From: a virus
Lineage: Duplodnaviria; Caudoviricetes
Length of the DNA stretch: 33,805 bases
IMG/VR virus record: IMGVR_UViG_3300043443_000410
Location: 1-33,805 of that record
Reading direction: 5' to 3' (one strand)
Below the pieces are notes generated by a model. That model had not been told where the DNA came from, ran no database searches, and saw only the letters and a program-made list of their open reading frames with translations. This document shows positions 1 through 9,473 of this stretch, in pieces; the first letter of the stretch is position 1; each line of letters starts with the position of its first letter. The position numbers were made by a program, and so were the translations under genes.

Positions 1-108
1 ATCAAGCCAACTTTTCCGCCGAAATTCGGCAGCTTTTTAGAGTTAGGCGGTGATATCAGCAGTTTGGCGTTGAAGGTGATATCAAAATTCTTGCTGCCAA
101 GGTGACAG

Positions 109-519
109 ATGCCCAAGAAGAAGATGCCGGCGGTCGTTGAAGGAATCCCAACCGTACCGCCAGCCGATTTGAATCCCGAGGAAAAAAAGTGTTACGCCGT
201 GCTGCATTCACAGGTAGCACGATCCGGCCATGTGAGCAACACATCCTTGGAGTCGTTCCTGCTTCTGGTGCATCAGCGAGCCAGGCTAAACCGCATCCGG
301 CGTGAAGTGGACGCGCTCGACAGTTGGATGATCGCTGGCAGCACTGGACAAGGCGCTTTGCATCCGATGGTCAAGGAATTGCGCCAAATGGAAACCGCCT
401 ACGCCAACCAGCTTGGCAAACTGCTGATGGATCCGCGCAGCAAGGTCACCTCCAGAGCCAAGGAGGATCAGGTGCTTGCGGTGGCAGGTGACAATCCGAT
501 CCTGAGATCGCTGGGATGA
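109..519 (+). CDS. terS: Terminase small subunit (P27-like)
   Basis: Directly upstream of terL with ATGA overlap; C-terminal HP...LGKLLMDPRS resembles the P27-family HP...LGLTP.SR motif. Confidence 0.8.
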   Translation: MPKKKMPAVVEGIPTVPPADLNPEEKKCYAVLHSQVARSGHVSNTSLESFLLLVHQRARLNRIRREVDALDSWMIAGSTGQGALHPMVKELRQMETAYANQLGKLLMDPRSKVTSRAKEDQVLAVAGDNPILRSLG

Positions 520-2090
520 GCATGGCCAGAGCGCCAAAACGGCGTGCAAAGAAACCATTGGCCACACTTCCTAGCGAGAAGTTCCGGAACTTCTGCGCCC
601 AGTATCTCACCCATGTGCATGGTCCGTTGCGCGGACAGCCTTTCCTCCTGGAGGAATGGCAGATGGAACGGATCATTCGTCCGTTGTACGACACCATCCG
701 CAGGGATGGTCTGCGCCAGTACCGGACCACCTATGTCGAGATCGGCAGGAAGAACGGCAAAAGCTTTCTGGCCATGGCGGTGGCGCTCTACGGTCTGATC
801 TGCGATGGCGAGCCGGGAGCGCAGGTGATCAGTGCCGCCGGCACGCGGGAGCAAGCCAGCCTGGTGTTTGATGTGGCGCGCGCCGCAATACTGGCCAACC
901 CGATCCTGCGGCGCATGTGCCGCGTCTACAAAAAGGTGATCGAAACGCAGGACGGAAGCACCTACAAGGTAGTGAGCGCGGACGGTTTTAATGCCCACGG
1001 CCTTTCGATTTCCACGCTAATTTTTGATGAACTGTGGGTTCAAAAAAAACCGGACCTGTACGAAGCGCTCACCACCTCGATGGGAGCGCGCAAGCAACCG
1101 CTGTCCTTCCTGATATCGACATCCGGATTCGACAAGAACACGATCTGTTACCAGACGCACAGCTACGCCAAGCGGGTGCGTGACGGCATCGTCGAGGATC
1201 CGACCTTTCTGCCGGTGCTGTTTGGCGCTCCCGAGGAAGCGGACTGGAAGGACCGCAAAACTTGGTTGAGCGCCAATCCCAATCTTGGCGTTTCGGTGTC
1301 TGAGGAATTCTTGGCCAATGCCTGCCGCGAGGCGCAAGAAAATCCGGCCAAGGAAATCAGTTTTCGGCAGTTCTTCCTGAGCCAATGGGTGTCGGCTGAA
1401 TCTCGGTGGTTCAGCCTGGACAAGATCGATGCCGCCATGGTGGATGAAAAGAATTGGCCGGACCTAACCGGCAAGGATTGTGTCCTCGGCCTCGACCTGT
1501 CCAGCACGACTGACCTGACCAGCATTGCCGCTGTCTGGTCGGTGGACGGCGTGTTTTACCTCGACTCCTGGTCATGGGCACCGCGTGGAGCGTTGGCGAC
1601 GCGGGAAAAGGCCAACCGCACACGGTTCCAGCCATGGGAAAAGTCCGGCCATGTGGTCGTGACAGATGGCGAGGTGATCGATTACACGGCCATCCACCGG
1701 CATATCGAGGACTTGGCAACCCGATTCAACATCCGCGAAATAGCGGTGGACAAGTGGAACAGCGTGGCGCTGTCCAACCAGTTGCAGTCGGAAGGCCACA
1801 CGGTGGTGGCATTCCCGCAGGGTTTCGCCAGCATGTCGCCAGCGTCCAAGGACTTCGAGGCGCTGGTGACATCCGGGAAAGTTCGCATCCGCAAGAATCC
1901 GCTGTACCGCTGGGCCTTCTCCAATGTGTCCATGGTTCAGGATCCAGCCGGGAATGTCAGGCCGGACAAGTCACGCAGCGGCGACAAGATCGACCCGGTG
2001 ATCGCCAGCCTGATGGCGATTGCCAGGGCGAGGCACCATGAGGCATCCAGCCGATCCGGGTACGAGTCCGGCGGACTGATGGTCCTGTGA
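516..2090 (+). CDS. terL: Terminase large subunit
   Basis: Walker A GRKNGKS, Walker B LIFDE, coupling motif ISTSG, RNase H-like GLDLSSTTDLT, C-terminal KIDPVIA. Confidence 0.97.
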   Translation: MSMARAPKRRAKKPLATLPSEKFRNFCAQYLTHVHGPLRGQPFLLEEWQMERIIRPLYDTIRRDGLRQYRTTYVEIGRKNGKSFLAMAVALYGLICDGEPGAQVISAAGTREQASLVFDVARAAILANPILRRMCRVYKKVIETQDGSTYKVVSADGFNAHGLSISTLIFDELWVQKKPDLYEALTTSMGARKQPLSFLISTSGFDKNTICYQTHSYAKRVRDGIVEDPTFLPVLFGAPEEADWKDRKTWLSANPNLGVSVSEEFLANACREAQENPAKEISFRQFFLSQWVSAESRWFSLDKIDAAMVDEKNWPDLTGKDCVLGLDLSSTTDLTSIAAVWSVDGVFYLDSWSWAPRGALATREKANRTRFQPWEKSGHVVVTDGEVIDYTAIHRHIEDLATRFNIREIAVDKWNSVALSNQLQSEGHTVVAFPQGFASMSPASKDFEALVTSGKVRIRKNPLYRWAFSNVSMVQDPAGNVRPDKSRSGDKIDPVIASLMAIARARHHEASSRSGYESGGLMVL

Positions 2091-2113
2091 GTTCGCTTGG
2101 TTTTTCAGAATCG
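2088..2113 (+). promoter_or_regulatory. Putative phage late promoter, copy 1 (before portal)
   Basis: TGAGTTCGCTTGGTTTTTCAGAATCG; same motif at 4125 and 13267. Confidence 0.65.
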
Positions 2114-2117
2114 GAGT

Positions 2118-3377
2118 ATGGCAGACAGTATCCTAAGCCGCATCCGCCAAACCGTTTCCAGCCTGTTCAGCGCCGGCCAGCGCGGTCGTCCGCTCATCCT
2201 GCACGATTACAACGCCATTGAGCGCGCATGGAACGGCAGGCCTATCGCCAGTGAATACCTTGGCATCCCGTCAGTTCTGGCTGGCCTGCGCCTGATCTGC
2301 GAGACGGTGGCCGGCCTGCCGCTGCATTACTACCACCGCCAACAGGATGGCGGAAGGAATCGCGCGGAAAATCAGGTTGCCGCCGATGCGTTCAAGTATT
2401 CCGAAGGCCGTAACGAGTTTGAACTGCGATCCAGCCTGATGTTCCGCATGTTGGCCGAAGGCGTTGCCTACGCCAGGGTGTGGAAAAACCAGGCCAACGA
2501 GGCGTACAAGCTGCAAGAGATTCCCGGCGATTGCATCATCGAAAAGGTTGACGAGATCACCGGTTCAAAGGTTTACGGCATCAAGTCCGATCCCTACCAA
2601 AACGACGCGGAAACATGGGTTCCCGAACGGGACATGTTCATCCTGAAAGGTTCCTTCAATGGCAACAGCCTTTTGGAACTTTGCCAGGGATCGCTGGAAC
2701 TGACCAAGGCCGCGCAGGAATACGGATCGACGCTGTACGCCAACGGCGCAAGGCCTTCTGGCGTGCTGACTCACCCAGGCAAATTGTCAGACGATGCGCG
2801 CCGTCGCCTGCGATCAGACTTTGAAAAGCTGCACACCGGTCTGGCCAATGCCGGCAGGATTGCCGTGCTTGAGGAAGGCCTGTCCTTTACACCGACCAGC
2901 ACATCACCGGAGGACGCGCAGGCGATCCAGACCCGCGAGTTTCAGGTGCGTGAAGTCTGCCGGATCTTCGGCATCCCGCCGGCCAAGATGGGACTGGCTG
3001 GCGGTGGGGAAAGCATCGAGGCGCAGAACATCCAGTTCCTGACCGATTGCATCCAACCACATCTGGTCCGGTTCGAGCAGGAATGCAACAGGAAACTGGT
3101 CAGGGAATCCGACTGGGGCTGGTACACATGGTCCCATAGCGTCGAAGGGTTGCTGCGCGCTGACATCCTCACCCGCTACAAGTCGTACAGCATCGGGCGC
3201 AACTGGGGCTGGCTCAGTGTTAACCAGATCCGCAAACTTGAATCGTGGGATCCGATCCCCGGCGGTGATGTGTTCCTCAGTCCGACCAACATGCAACCGC
3301 TGACAGACACGCCACCTGGGGCCAGAGCGCCTGCCGGTGATCAGCCAGTTGATCCGGTGGAACCTCTCAATGGCTGA
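2118..3377 (+). CDS. Portal protein, HK97 family
   Basis: NGARPSGVL, AVLEEGL, EVCRIFGIPP, LLRAD, GWLSVNQIRKLE motifs; ATG at 2118 preferred to the TTG at 2097. Confidence 0.95.
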   Translation: MADSILSRIRQTVSSLFSAGQRGRPLILHDYNAIERAWNGRPIASEYLGIPSVLAGLRLICETVAGLPLHYYHRQQDGGRNRAENQVAADAFKYSEGRNEFELRSSLMFRMLAEGVAYARVWKNQANEAYKLQEIPGDCIIEKVDEITGSKVYGIKSDPYQNDAETWVPERDMFILKGSFNGNSLLELCQGSLELTKAAQEYGSTLYANGARPSGVLTHPGKLSDDARRRLRSDFEKLHTGLANAGRIAVLEEGLSFTPTSTSPEDAQAIQTREFQVREVCRIFGIPPAKMGLAGGGESIEAQNIQFLTDCIQPHLVRFEQECNRKLVRESDWGWYTWSHSVEGLLRADILTRYKSYSIGRNWGWLSVNQIRKLESWDPIPGGDVFLSPTNMQPLTDTPPGARAPAGDQPVDPVEPLNG

Positions 3378-3591
3378 GTCCGCTTGGGATGGCGTGCTGT
3401 TGATTCTGGGTGAGGCGAGAACACCGCGCCACCTGCCACCCGGTCCGCCATCCGCCCCGCCGATCCGGCTCAGTTTTGAGGACATGGTTTCCGACGATCC
3501 GGAAACAACCGAGACAGGACGCATCCGCAGGACATCCATTCGGGGAGAATTCCGATGCTCACCGCCGGAATCGATATCGAACGACGCGTAG
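3370..3591 (+). CDS. Hypothetical Pro-rich protein between portal and protease
   Basis: ATG overlaps the portal end and the ORF fills the gap before the protease; no recognisable family. Confidence 0.4.
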   Translation: MAESAWDGVLLILGEARTPRHLPPGPPSAPPIRLSFEDMVSDDPETTETGRIRRTSIRGEFRCSPPESISNDA

Positions 3592-4127
3592 GCAGCCTTG
3601 CCGCCGTTGAATCCGAAGGCAACAAGCTGCACGGCTACGCTGCGGTTTTCAATCAGCCCAGCGAGAATCTCGGCGGTTTCCGCGAGTTTATCGCTCCAGG
3701 CGCTTTCAAACGATCGCTGGATTCCGGCGAGGATGTCCGGGCGCTGCTCGATCACGACACACGCTTGGTGCTGGGGCGCAGGTCAGCAGGCACGCTTCGC
3801 CTGCATGAGGACAGCAAAGGCCTTGCGGTGGAGATTGACCTCCCATCCACCAGTTACGCCAGGGACGCGGCAGAACTGATCCGTCGCGGCGATGTGTCCC
3901 AAATGTCGTTCGGGTTCACCATCCCGCAGGGCGGAGACGAATGGTTGCCGCCGGAAGGCGACGAACCATTGCGCCGGCGAATCGTCCGCCAGGCAAACCT
4001 CATGGAAGTTTCCGTTGTGTCAATCCCGGCCTATCCGCAGACGGAAATCGGCCTGAGATCTCTCACCAGATGGTTGATGGATCGGAATAAGAACTGCTTC
4101 AAGGTTTTGGGTTTGCGTAGGTTCTGA
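3555..4127 (+). CDS. Prohead protease (HK97 family)
   Basis: [38 protein letters not shown]. Confidence 0.95.
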   Translation: MLTAGIDIERRVGSLAAVESEGNKLHGYAAVFNQPSENLGGFREFIAPGAFKRSLDSGEDVRALLDHDTRLVLGRRSAGTLRLHEDSKGLAVEIDLPSTSYARDAAELIRRGDVSQMSFGFTIPQGGDEWLPPEGDEPLRRRIVRQANLMEVSVVSIPAYPQTEIGLRSLTRWLMDRNKNCFKVLGLRRF

Positions 4128-4150
4128 GTTCGTTCGGTTTCTTAGTTTCG
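4125..4150 (+). promoter_or_regulatory. Putative phage late promoter, copy 2 (before major capsid)
   Basis: TGAGTTCGTTCGGTTTCTTAGTTTCG. Confidence 0.65.
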
Positions 4151-4179
4151 ATTTTATGACCCTATCCCAGGAGTATCGG

Positions 4180-5544
4180 ATGTCTGACATCAACATTTCA
4201 AAAGCCGGCAGGCCTGAACTGCTGGAAGCGCGTTCGGCAACGATGGCGATCCTCGCCGGAATGCAAGAGCGGCAACTTACCCCCGAGGAACAGGCCGCGT
4301 TCGACGGTCTGGTTCAGCAAGTAAACGAGATCGATGCACGACTGCAAACCGTGGAGGCTGAAGTTATGGCTGATCCTGCTGTTGATTCTGGTGACGCTCC
4401 GGTCGATCAGACCGCAGCGCGTTCCCTTCCCGCCGTGGCCGAACTGCCGCCTGTGCCTGCCGCCAGCGAGCCGGTGCGGGTTGCCGTTCCCGTTCCGAAT
4501 GTCGTGCGCGACTGGAACGACCGGCGCGCCATCCGCAACAAGGACTTGGCGCTTCGTGGCTGGGCGCTCCAGCCGACCGGTCTCTGCTCCGCCGAGCATG
4601 TCCGGGCCGCCAGCGAGATCGGTTTCAACCTGAACAACAAGGTTCTGAACCTGCGCCTGCTGGACAATCCCAAGAAGGAAACCCGCGCCCAGTCCGCCGG
4701 GACCGGCAGCGCCGGCGGCTACTTGGTGCCGACCGACCTGATCCGCAGCCTCGAAACGGCGCTGGCCTACACCTGCCCGATCCGGAACTTTGCCCAGGTG
4801 ATTCGCACCGCCAGCGGCAACCCGATCGACATTCCCACTGTCGATGACACCAGCAACAACGGCGAACTGGTGGCGGAAAACGCTTCCTACGCGACGCAGG
4901 ATGTGACATTTTCCAAGGTGACCCTGAACGCTTACAAGTTCACCAGCAAGCTGGTTTTGGCCTCGCTGGAACTGCTTCAGGATTCGGCCATCGATGTGGC
5001 CACCATCCTGGGCAACCTGCTGGGCGAGCGCATCGGTCGCAGCCAGCTTGGCTACTTCACCACGGGCACCGGTTCCAGCCAGCCGCAGGGTGCGGTGACC
5101 GGATCCAGCGCCGGCGTGACCGCCGCCAGCGCGACTGCCATTGCCGTGGATGACCTGCTCGGATTGGTTCACAGCGTGGATCGCGCCTACCGCGATGCTG
5201 GCGCATTTATGATGCACGACAGCGTTCTGCTTGCCGTCCGCAAGTTGAAAGACTCAACCAACCAGCCGATCTTTACCCAAAGCTACATTGTGGGTGAGCC
5301 GGATCGACTGTTCGGTTATCCCGTTGTCATCAACAACTCGATGGCCAGCACCGTGGCAACCACCAACAAGACGGTGCTGTTTGGCGACTGGTCCAAGTTC
5401 ATCATCCGCGACGCGCTGGACATCCAGCTTGTCCGGTCGGACGAGCGTTACATGGAATACGGCCAGTCCGCATTCGTGGCGCTGGCTCGCACCGACTCCA
5501 AGGTGACCATTTCCGGCGCCTTGAAGCGGCTCACCCAGGCCTAA
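4180..5544 (+). CDS. Major capsid protein, HK97 fold, with N-terminal delta (scaffold) domain
   Basis: Coiled-coil N-terminus, AGGYLVP, LFGYPVV, LFGDWS; SD AGGAG before ATG 4180 (alternative start 4156). Confidence 0.95.
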   Translation: MSDINISKAGRPELLEARSATMAILAGMQERQLTPEEQAAFDGLVQQVNEIDARLQTVEAEVMADPAVDSGDAPVDQTAARSLPAVAELPPVPAASEPVRVAVPVPNVVRDWNDRRAIRNKDLALRGWALQPTGLCSAEHVRAASEIGFNLNNKVLNLRLLDNPKKETRAQSAGTGSAGGYLVPTDLIRSLETALAYTCPIRNFAQVIRTASGNPIDIPTVDDTSNNGELVAENASYATQDVTFSKVTLNAYKFTSKLVLASLELLQDSAIDVATILGNLLGERIGRSQLGYFTTGTGSSQPQGAVTGSSAGVTAASATAIAVDDLLGLVHSVDRAYRDAGAFMMHDSVLLAVRKLKDSTNQPIFTQSYIVGEPDRLFGYPVVINNSMASTVATTNKTVLFGDWSKFIIRDALDIQLVRSDERYMEYGQSAFVALARTDSKVTISGALKRLTQA

Positions 5545-5571
5545 TCCCAGCGCGGGGACCGGCCTGTATCG

Positions 5572-5610
5572 ACCGGTCCGGCGGGATGCTCGCCGGACCG
5601 GTTTGTTCTT
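5572..5610 (+). terminator. Rho-independent terminator after the capsid gene
   Basis: ACCGGTCCGGCG / CGCCGGACCGGT perfect 12-bp stem followed by TTGTTCTT. Confidence 0.7.
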
Positions 5611-5624
5611 GGGGAGAGTGAACC

Positions 5625-5837
5625 ATGTCCGTGGAAGTTGTGCTGCTGGAATCATTCGCCAATACCGTCACCGCTTGGATGCCTGGTCAGCTTTTCCAGT
5701 GCGCCGATCAGGCCGAGGCTGATCGGTTGGTTGAGCGTGGTCTGGCGATCCCGGTCACCAGCACCGGAGTCAATCCGGCTCCGGAAACCGAGACAACCAG
5801 CACCGAGGAAGCGCCGAAGGCCAAGAAACGCAAGTGA
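5625..5837 (+). CDS. Small head-associated hypothetical protein
   Basis: EADRLVERGLA motif and Lys-rich tail, typical of small genes that follow the capsid gene. Confidence 0.7.
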   Translation: MSVEVVLLESFANTVTAWMPGQLFQCADQAEADRLVERGLAIPVTSTGVNPAPETETTSTEEAPKAKKRK

Positions 5838-5844
5838 GGTGACG

Positions 5845-6450
5845 ATGTTCCTGGAACGGATCACCGCGCCGGCCAGCGAGCCGGTGACACTGGCCGAGGC
5901 CAAGGCGCACCTCCGGGTGGATCACAGCGACGATGACACGCTGATATCGGCGTTGATATCCACGGCGCGAGATCATGTCGAGCGCACCACCAGGCTGGCG
6001 CTGATACGGCAGCAATGGCGCATGAGGCTGGAGGACTTCCCGGCTGATGGAGCCGACATAGAAATCCTGCGCCGTCCGCTCATCACGACATCCGGTACCT
6101 ATTCGCCTGTTGTCACCTACTACAACCCGGACGATGTCACCACCACATCGTGGGATCTTGATGATGAGGAGTTTCTGGCCTACAACGGCAACCCGCCGAC
6201 CTTGGCCATCTGGGGAACAGCAGGCTGGCCGACGCTTGACTCAGAGCGCAAATACCCGGTCGAGGTGACTTTTTACGCAGGATTTGGCACCAGCGGCGCT
6301 GATGTGCCGGGACCGATCAAGCAGGCGATGCTCCTGCTGATCGGCAATTGGTACATCCGGCGCGAGGCGGCTAGCCAAGAGGCCGGTTTGCCGGTGCCGT
6401 ATGCGGTGGAAAGTTTGCTCTCGCTGTACGATTCCGGGGAATACCAGTGA
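5845..6450 (+). CDS. Head-tail connector (gp6-like adaptor)
   Basis: EPVTLAEAKAHLRVD and IKQAMLLLIGNWYIRRE; start revised to ATG 5845 after GAGGT. Confidence 0.9.
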   Translation: MFLERITAPASEPVTLAEAKAHLRVDHSDDDTLISALISTARDHVERTTRLALIRQQWRMRLEDFPADGADIEILRRPLITTSGTYSPVVTYYNPDDVTTTSWDLDDEEFLAYNGNPPTLAIWGTAGWPTLDSERKYPVEVTFYAGFGTSGADVPGPIKQAMLLLIGNWYIRREAASQEAGLPVPYAVESLLSLYDSGEYQ

Positions 6451-6779
6451 TCCCAGCCGGCAGGATGCGGCACCGTGTGGCTGTCCAGTCGCCAGCAACG
6501 ACCGTGGACAGTTACGGCCAGCCAAGCCTGACATGGTCCACCGTTTCAACAGTGTGGGCCGAACTCGTCGGACGCGGTGGCGGCACGCAGGCCATCGTGA
6601 ACAAAGGACAGGTTACGCTCGGCCACACCGTGCGGATTCGATACTGTGCCGCATTTTCAACGATGGATGAAACTTGGCGCTTGCTGCTGGGTTTCCGTGT
6701 GCTGGAAATCTCCAGCGTGGCCAATGTGGACTACCTGAATGAAATCCTTGAATTAACCTGCTCCGAGGAAGTGGTCTAG
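6447..6779 (+). CDS. Head closure / head-tail joining protein
   Basis: AGRMRHRVAVQ...DSYGQ...W...VWA pattern; position after the adaptor. Confidence 0.88.
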   Translation: MIPAGRMRHRVAVQSPATTVDSYGQPSLTWSTVSTVWAELVGRGGGTQAIVNKGQVTLGHTVRIRYCAAFSTMDETWRLLLGFRVLEISSVANVDYLNEILELTCSEEVV

Positions 6780-7865
6780 GTGGCAGACCTTGGCTACAAG
6801 CTGGAATTCAATGGGGCGGACAGGCTGATCCGGACCGTGCTGCAATTCCCCAGGAAAAAACAGCAGGTATTCCGGTCGGTTGCGCGCGCTGTCGGTCGTG
6901 TCCTGATACCTGCCATCCGATCCAGCATCCGCGCCAGGCTGGGAATCAACCGCCTGCGGGAGGCCGCAAAGCCAAGCCGGTTGTCCAAATTCCTGTCAGC
7001 CGCCGGCAAGCAGTCCGCCGACTACCAGAAGAAACTCAAGAAGCTGCTCAAGCCGCATCTGTCGGCGGCTCGCAAATCCAGCAAGCGCGCCATGAAAGTG
7101 GCCAGCAAGTTTGGAAGCAAGATTTCCAAGGCTGCGCGCAAGGATGCCGACAACCTGATGCGCGAGGTGTTCAGCGAGTTTGGCATTCGGCTGAAACGCA
7201 AAAAAAAGCCGGCAGTGGCCAAGGCTGAAAAGCCGCAGCGCATCGAGCAGGCAAAACCTGAGAAGCCCAAGCGCGGCAGGCCACCGAAACCGGGCAGAAT
7301 CAAGAAGCGAACCTATAGCGTGGACCAGATCCGTGGAATGATCACAACGCCAGAAGAGCGCGAACTGCTCCGGTTTGCCATCACGACCAAGGGCGCATTT
7401 GGAACCAAGAACAACACCGTGCAGGAAATCGGATCGACCGGCGCTCTGGCCAAGTCAATCGGTGTCAAGATCCACATGGTAAAGAAAAAATCCTTTGCCT
7501 ATTCACCCAGCGGAAAACTTATTGGCGGCAGCGGAATTCGCAGTAGCGGAACAAGTGACGATTGGAAGAATGTCAAATGGAAATCAATTAGCTCTGGCCG
7601 TGTTGTCTGCGTTGTTGGGCCGCGCAAAGGATTTCAGGTCACAGCATGGAATCCTTTTGTCAACAAATTAGTAACGCACGACCCGTACAAGTACGCATGG
7701 TGGGTTGAAAAAGGTCACCTGCTGAAAGTGCGAGGCCAATCAACCGGCAAGCGCGTGAAACCTTATCCGTTCATTCGTCCGGCATTTGCGGCAACACAGG
7801 GCCAGGTTCGCACGCTGGTTCGCGAAAAACTGCGTGTGGAAGTGGCCAAGCTACTGAGCCGTTAG
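6780..7865 (+). CDS. HK97 gp10-like neck protein with a large basic insertion (AT-hook)
   Basis: TGALAKSI, VVGP, YAWWVEKGH, PYPFIRPAF motifs; internal K/R-rich segment containing KPKRGRPPK. Confidence 0.75.
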   Translation: MADLGYKLEFNGADRLIRTVLQFPRKKQQVFRSVARAVGRVLIPAIRSSIRARLGINRLREAAKPSRLSKFLSAAGKQSADYQKKLKKLLKPHLSAARKSSKRAMKVASKFGSKISKAARKDADNLMREVFSEFGIRLKRKKKPAVAKAEKPQRIEQAKPEKPKRGRPPKPGRIKKRTYSVDQIRGMITTPEERELLRFAITTKGAFGTKNNTVQEIGSTGALAKSIGVKIHMVKKKSFAYSPSGKLIGGSGIRSSGTSDDWKNVKWKSISSGRVVCVVGPRKGFQVTAWNPFVNKLVTHDPYKYAWWVEKGHLLKVRGQSTGKRVKPYPFIRPAFAATQGQVRTLVREKLRVEVAKLLSR

Positions 7866-7874
7866 GAGGTTCCC

Positions 7875-8282
7875 ATGTCGGCGCTGGGAAAGGCGATCCG
7901 CACGCATCTGGTGGCGCAGACCGGATACTCGGCCACAATTCCCGGCGGGATTTCTCCCGAGATTGCGCCGGCTGGCGTGACCATGCCGTTCGTGGTGTAC
8001 ACCGGCAGCGAGGACGCACCGGTCCTCAAGCTGGACGGGACGACCATTTGCCGGCAAGCCAGCGTCAATTTTGTCGTGACTGCGATGACGCGAAGCGACT
8101 GCGAGTCCGTGGTCGCATGGCTCAGGACCAAGCTTGAGCAGGGAACTTGGGTAGGCACGGCCAATCCAAAGGTTTTTTTCTGGCGTATCACCAGCCAGTC
8201 GGATGTTAGCGAAGTCATTCTGGACGGATCGGATGAGTCTGTCCGGTTGGTTAATTTACAGGTTGATGGGGCTTACATTTAG
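7875..8282 (+). CDS. Tail terminator / completion protein
   Basis: Position before the tail tube; AP..vtmPFVVY motif; SD AGGAGG. Confidence 0.75.
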   Translation: MSALGKAIRTHLVAQTGYSATIPGGISPEIAPAGVTMPFVVYTGSEDAPVLKLDGTTICRQASVNFVVTAMTRSDCESVVAWLRTKLEQGTWVGTANPKVFFWRITSQSDVSEVILDGSDESVRLVNLQVDGAYI

Positions 8283-8293
8283 GAGGATTTCCA

Positions 8294-8713
8294 ATGCCTG
8301 ATCCGGTATTTGCCGCCGGCACGACGGCCAGCTACGCGCCGGTTTCCGGCGGTGCTTCCGTGACCATGACCGGCCTCACCGCAATTGGTGGCAACACCAA
8401 GACGCGCACAACCGCCGAAACAACCCTGCTTAGCGACACGACCCTGAAGCGCCGGCCAGTGCGGACCGATCCCGGGACTGTGCAGTTCACCTTCCAGTTG
8501 AACGACACCGCAACCGCCACCAACGAATGGTCGGCGCTTAATACCCTGCTCGGAGCCGGCACACTCATCACCGTGACGGTGAACATGCCTGGCGCTTTCG
8601 ACTCGACGGCGCTCTACTCGTGGTCCGGGTTCCTGTCGGACCTGACCACGCCGGAATTGGCAGCCAACGACACGATGCTGACCTACACGGCAACCCTGAC
8701 GGTGACCGCCTGA
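8294..8713 (+). CDS. Tail tube protein (paralog 1)
   Basis: Strong SD AGGAGG; DPGT motif; Thr-rich beta character; canonical position. Confidence 0.75.
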   Translation: MPDPVFAAGTTASYAPVSGGASVTMTGLTAIGGNTKTRTTAETTLLSDTTLKRRPVRTDPGTVQFTFQLNDTATATNEWSALNTLLGAGTLITVTVNMPGAFDSTALYSWSGFLSDLTTPELAANDTMLTYTATLTVTA

Positions 8714-8716
8714 CAT

Positions 8717-9136
8717 ATGCCAAACCCCGTGATGGCCGCCGGAACGAAGGTCTGGACGCGCGCCAGCGGGGTTGGATCGTATGTCGAGTTGCCTTATGTG
8801 CTGGGAATTTCCGGCAGCGGATTGACCAGGGCATTCAGCGACAACACAGCGGCAAGCGAGATGACGGTTTCCCGGACCATCGGCAGGGTGGATCCGGGAA
8901 CCATCAGCATCACCCAGCACCTGGAGGATGTGGCGACCGCATCCAACACCTACTCAGGCTGGCGCGCCGGGTTGACAGGGGCCAGCAGCTACGACATCAA
9001 GTTTGACATGCCGTACTCGGCGGACGATGGATCGAACCTGCTGGTCTTCACCGGCGTGAAACTCACCAGCGTTTCAGCTTTGGACATGTCAAGCAGTTCC
9101 GGCCTTGTGACATATACCATCACCTTTCAACTATAA
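8717..9136 (+). CDS. Tail tube-like protein (paralog 2)
   Basis: Same length as and collinear with paralog 1 (MP.PV.AAGT, R.DPGT, ATA.N, TYT). Confidence 0.7.
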   Translation: MPNPVMAAGTKVWTRASGVGSYVELPYVLGISGSGLTRAFSDNTAASEMTVSRTIGRVDPGTISITQHLEDVATASNTYSGWRAGLTGASSYDIKFDMPYSADDGSNLLVFTGVKLTSVSALDMSSSSGLVTYTITFQL

Positions 9137-9146
9137 GGAGGCGTTT

Positions 9147-9473
9147 GTGCTGACCCGCGACAGTTTCAAACCCTATGCGCTGCTCAAGCGCGAACGGCTG
9201 GACATTCCGGAAATGAGCGACTTTGTCTATGTGCGGGAATTGTCCGCAGGCGAGGCGCTGGAATTCCGCAGACGCATGAGCGCCGGCGAACCGTTCGAGT
9301 CCTTGGTTTTGCCAATGCTGGCCAAGGTTATCGTTGATGATAAGGGCATTCAGGTTTTTGATCCGTCCGACACGGATCTGATCGGCAAGGCGTTTCCAAT
9401 CGAAGTGATGGAGCGAATAGCAAACAAGGCTCAGGAATTGTCAGGACTTCTGGGGAAATCGGAAAAAAACTGA
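9147..9473 (+). CDS. Tail assembly chaperone gpG
   Basis: VYVRELS motif; ends EKN-stop on a slippery site; lies between tube and tape measure. Confidence 0.85.
   Translation: MLTRDSFKPYALLKRERLDIPEMSDFVYVRELSAGEALEFRRRMSAGEPFESLVLPMLAKVIVDDKGIQVFDPSDTDLIGKAFPIEVMERIANKAQELSGLLGKSEKN

Noticed and set aside
4198-5217. Long minus-strand ORFs (also 2904-3755, 10152-11045, 24008-24850, 26499-27308)
   Set aside because: Antisense shadows of well-supported plus-strand genes in GC-rich DNA, with no motifs
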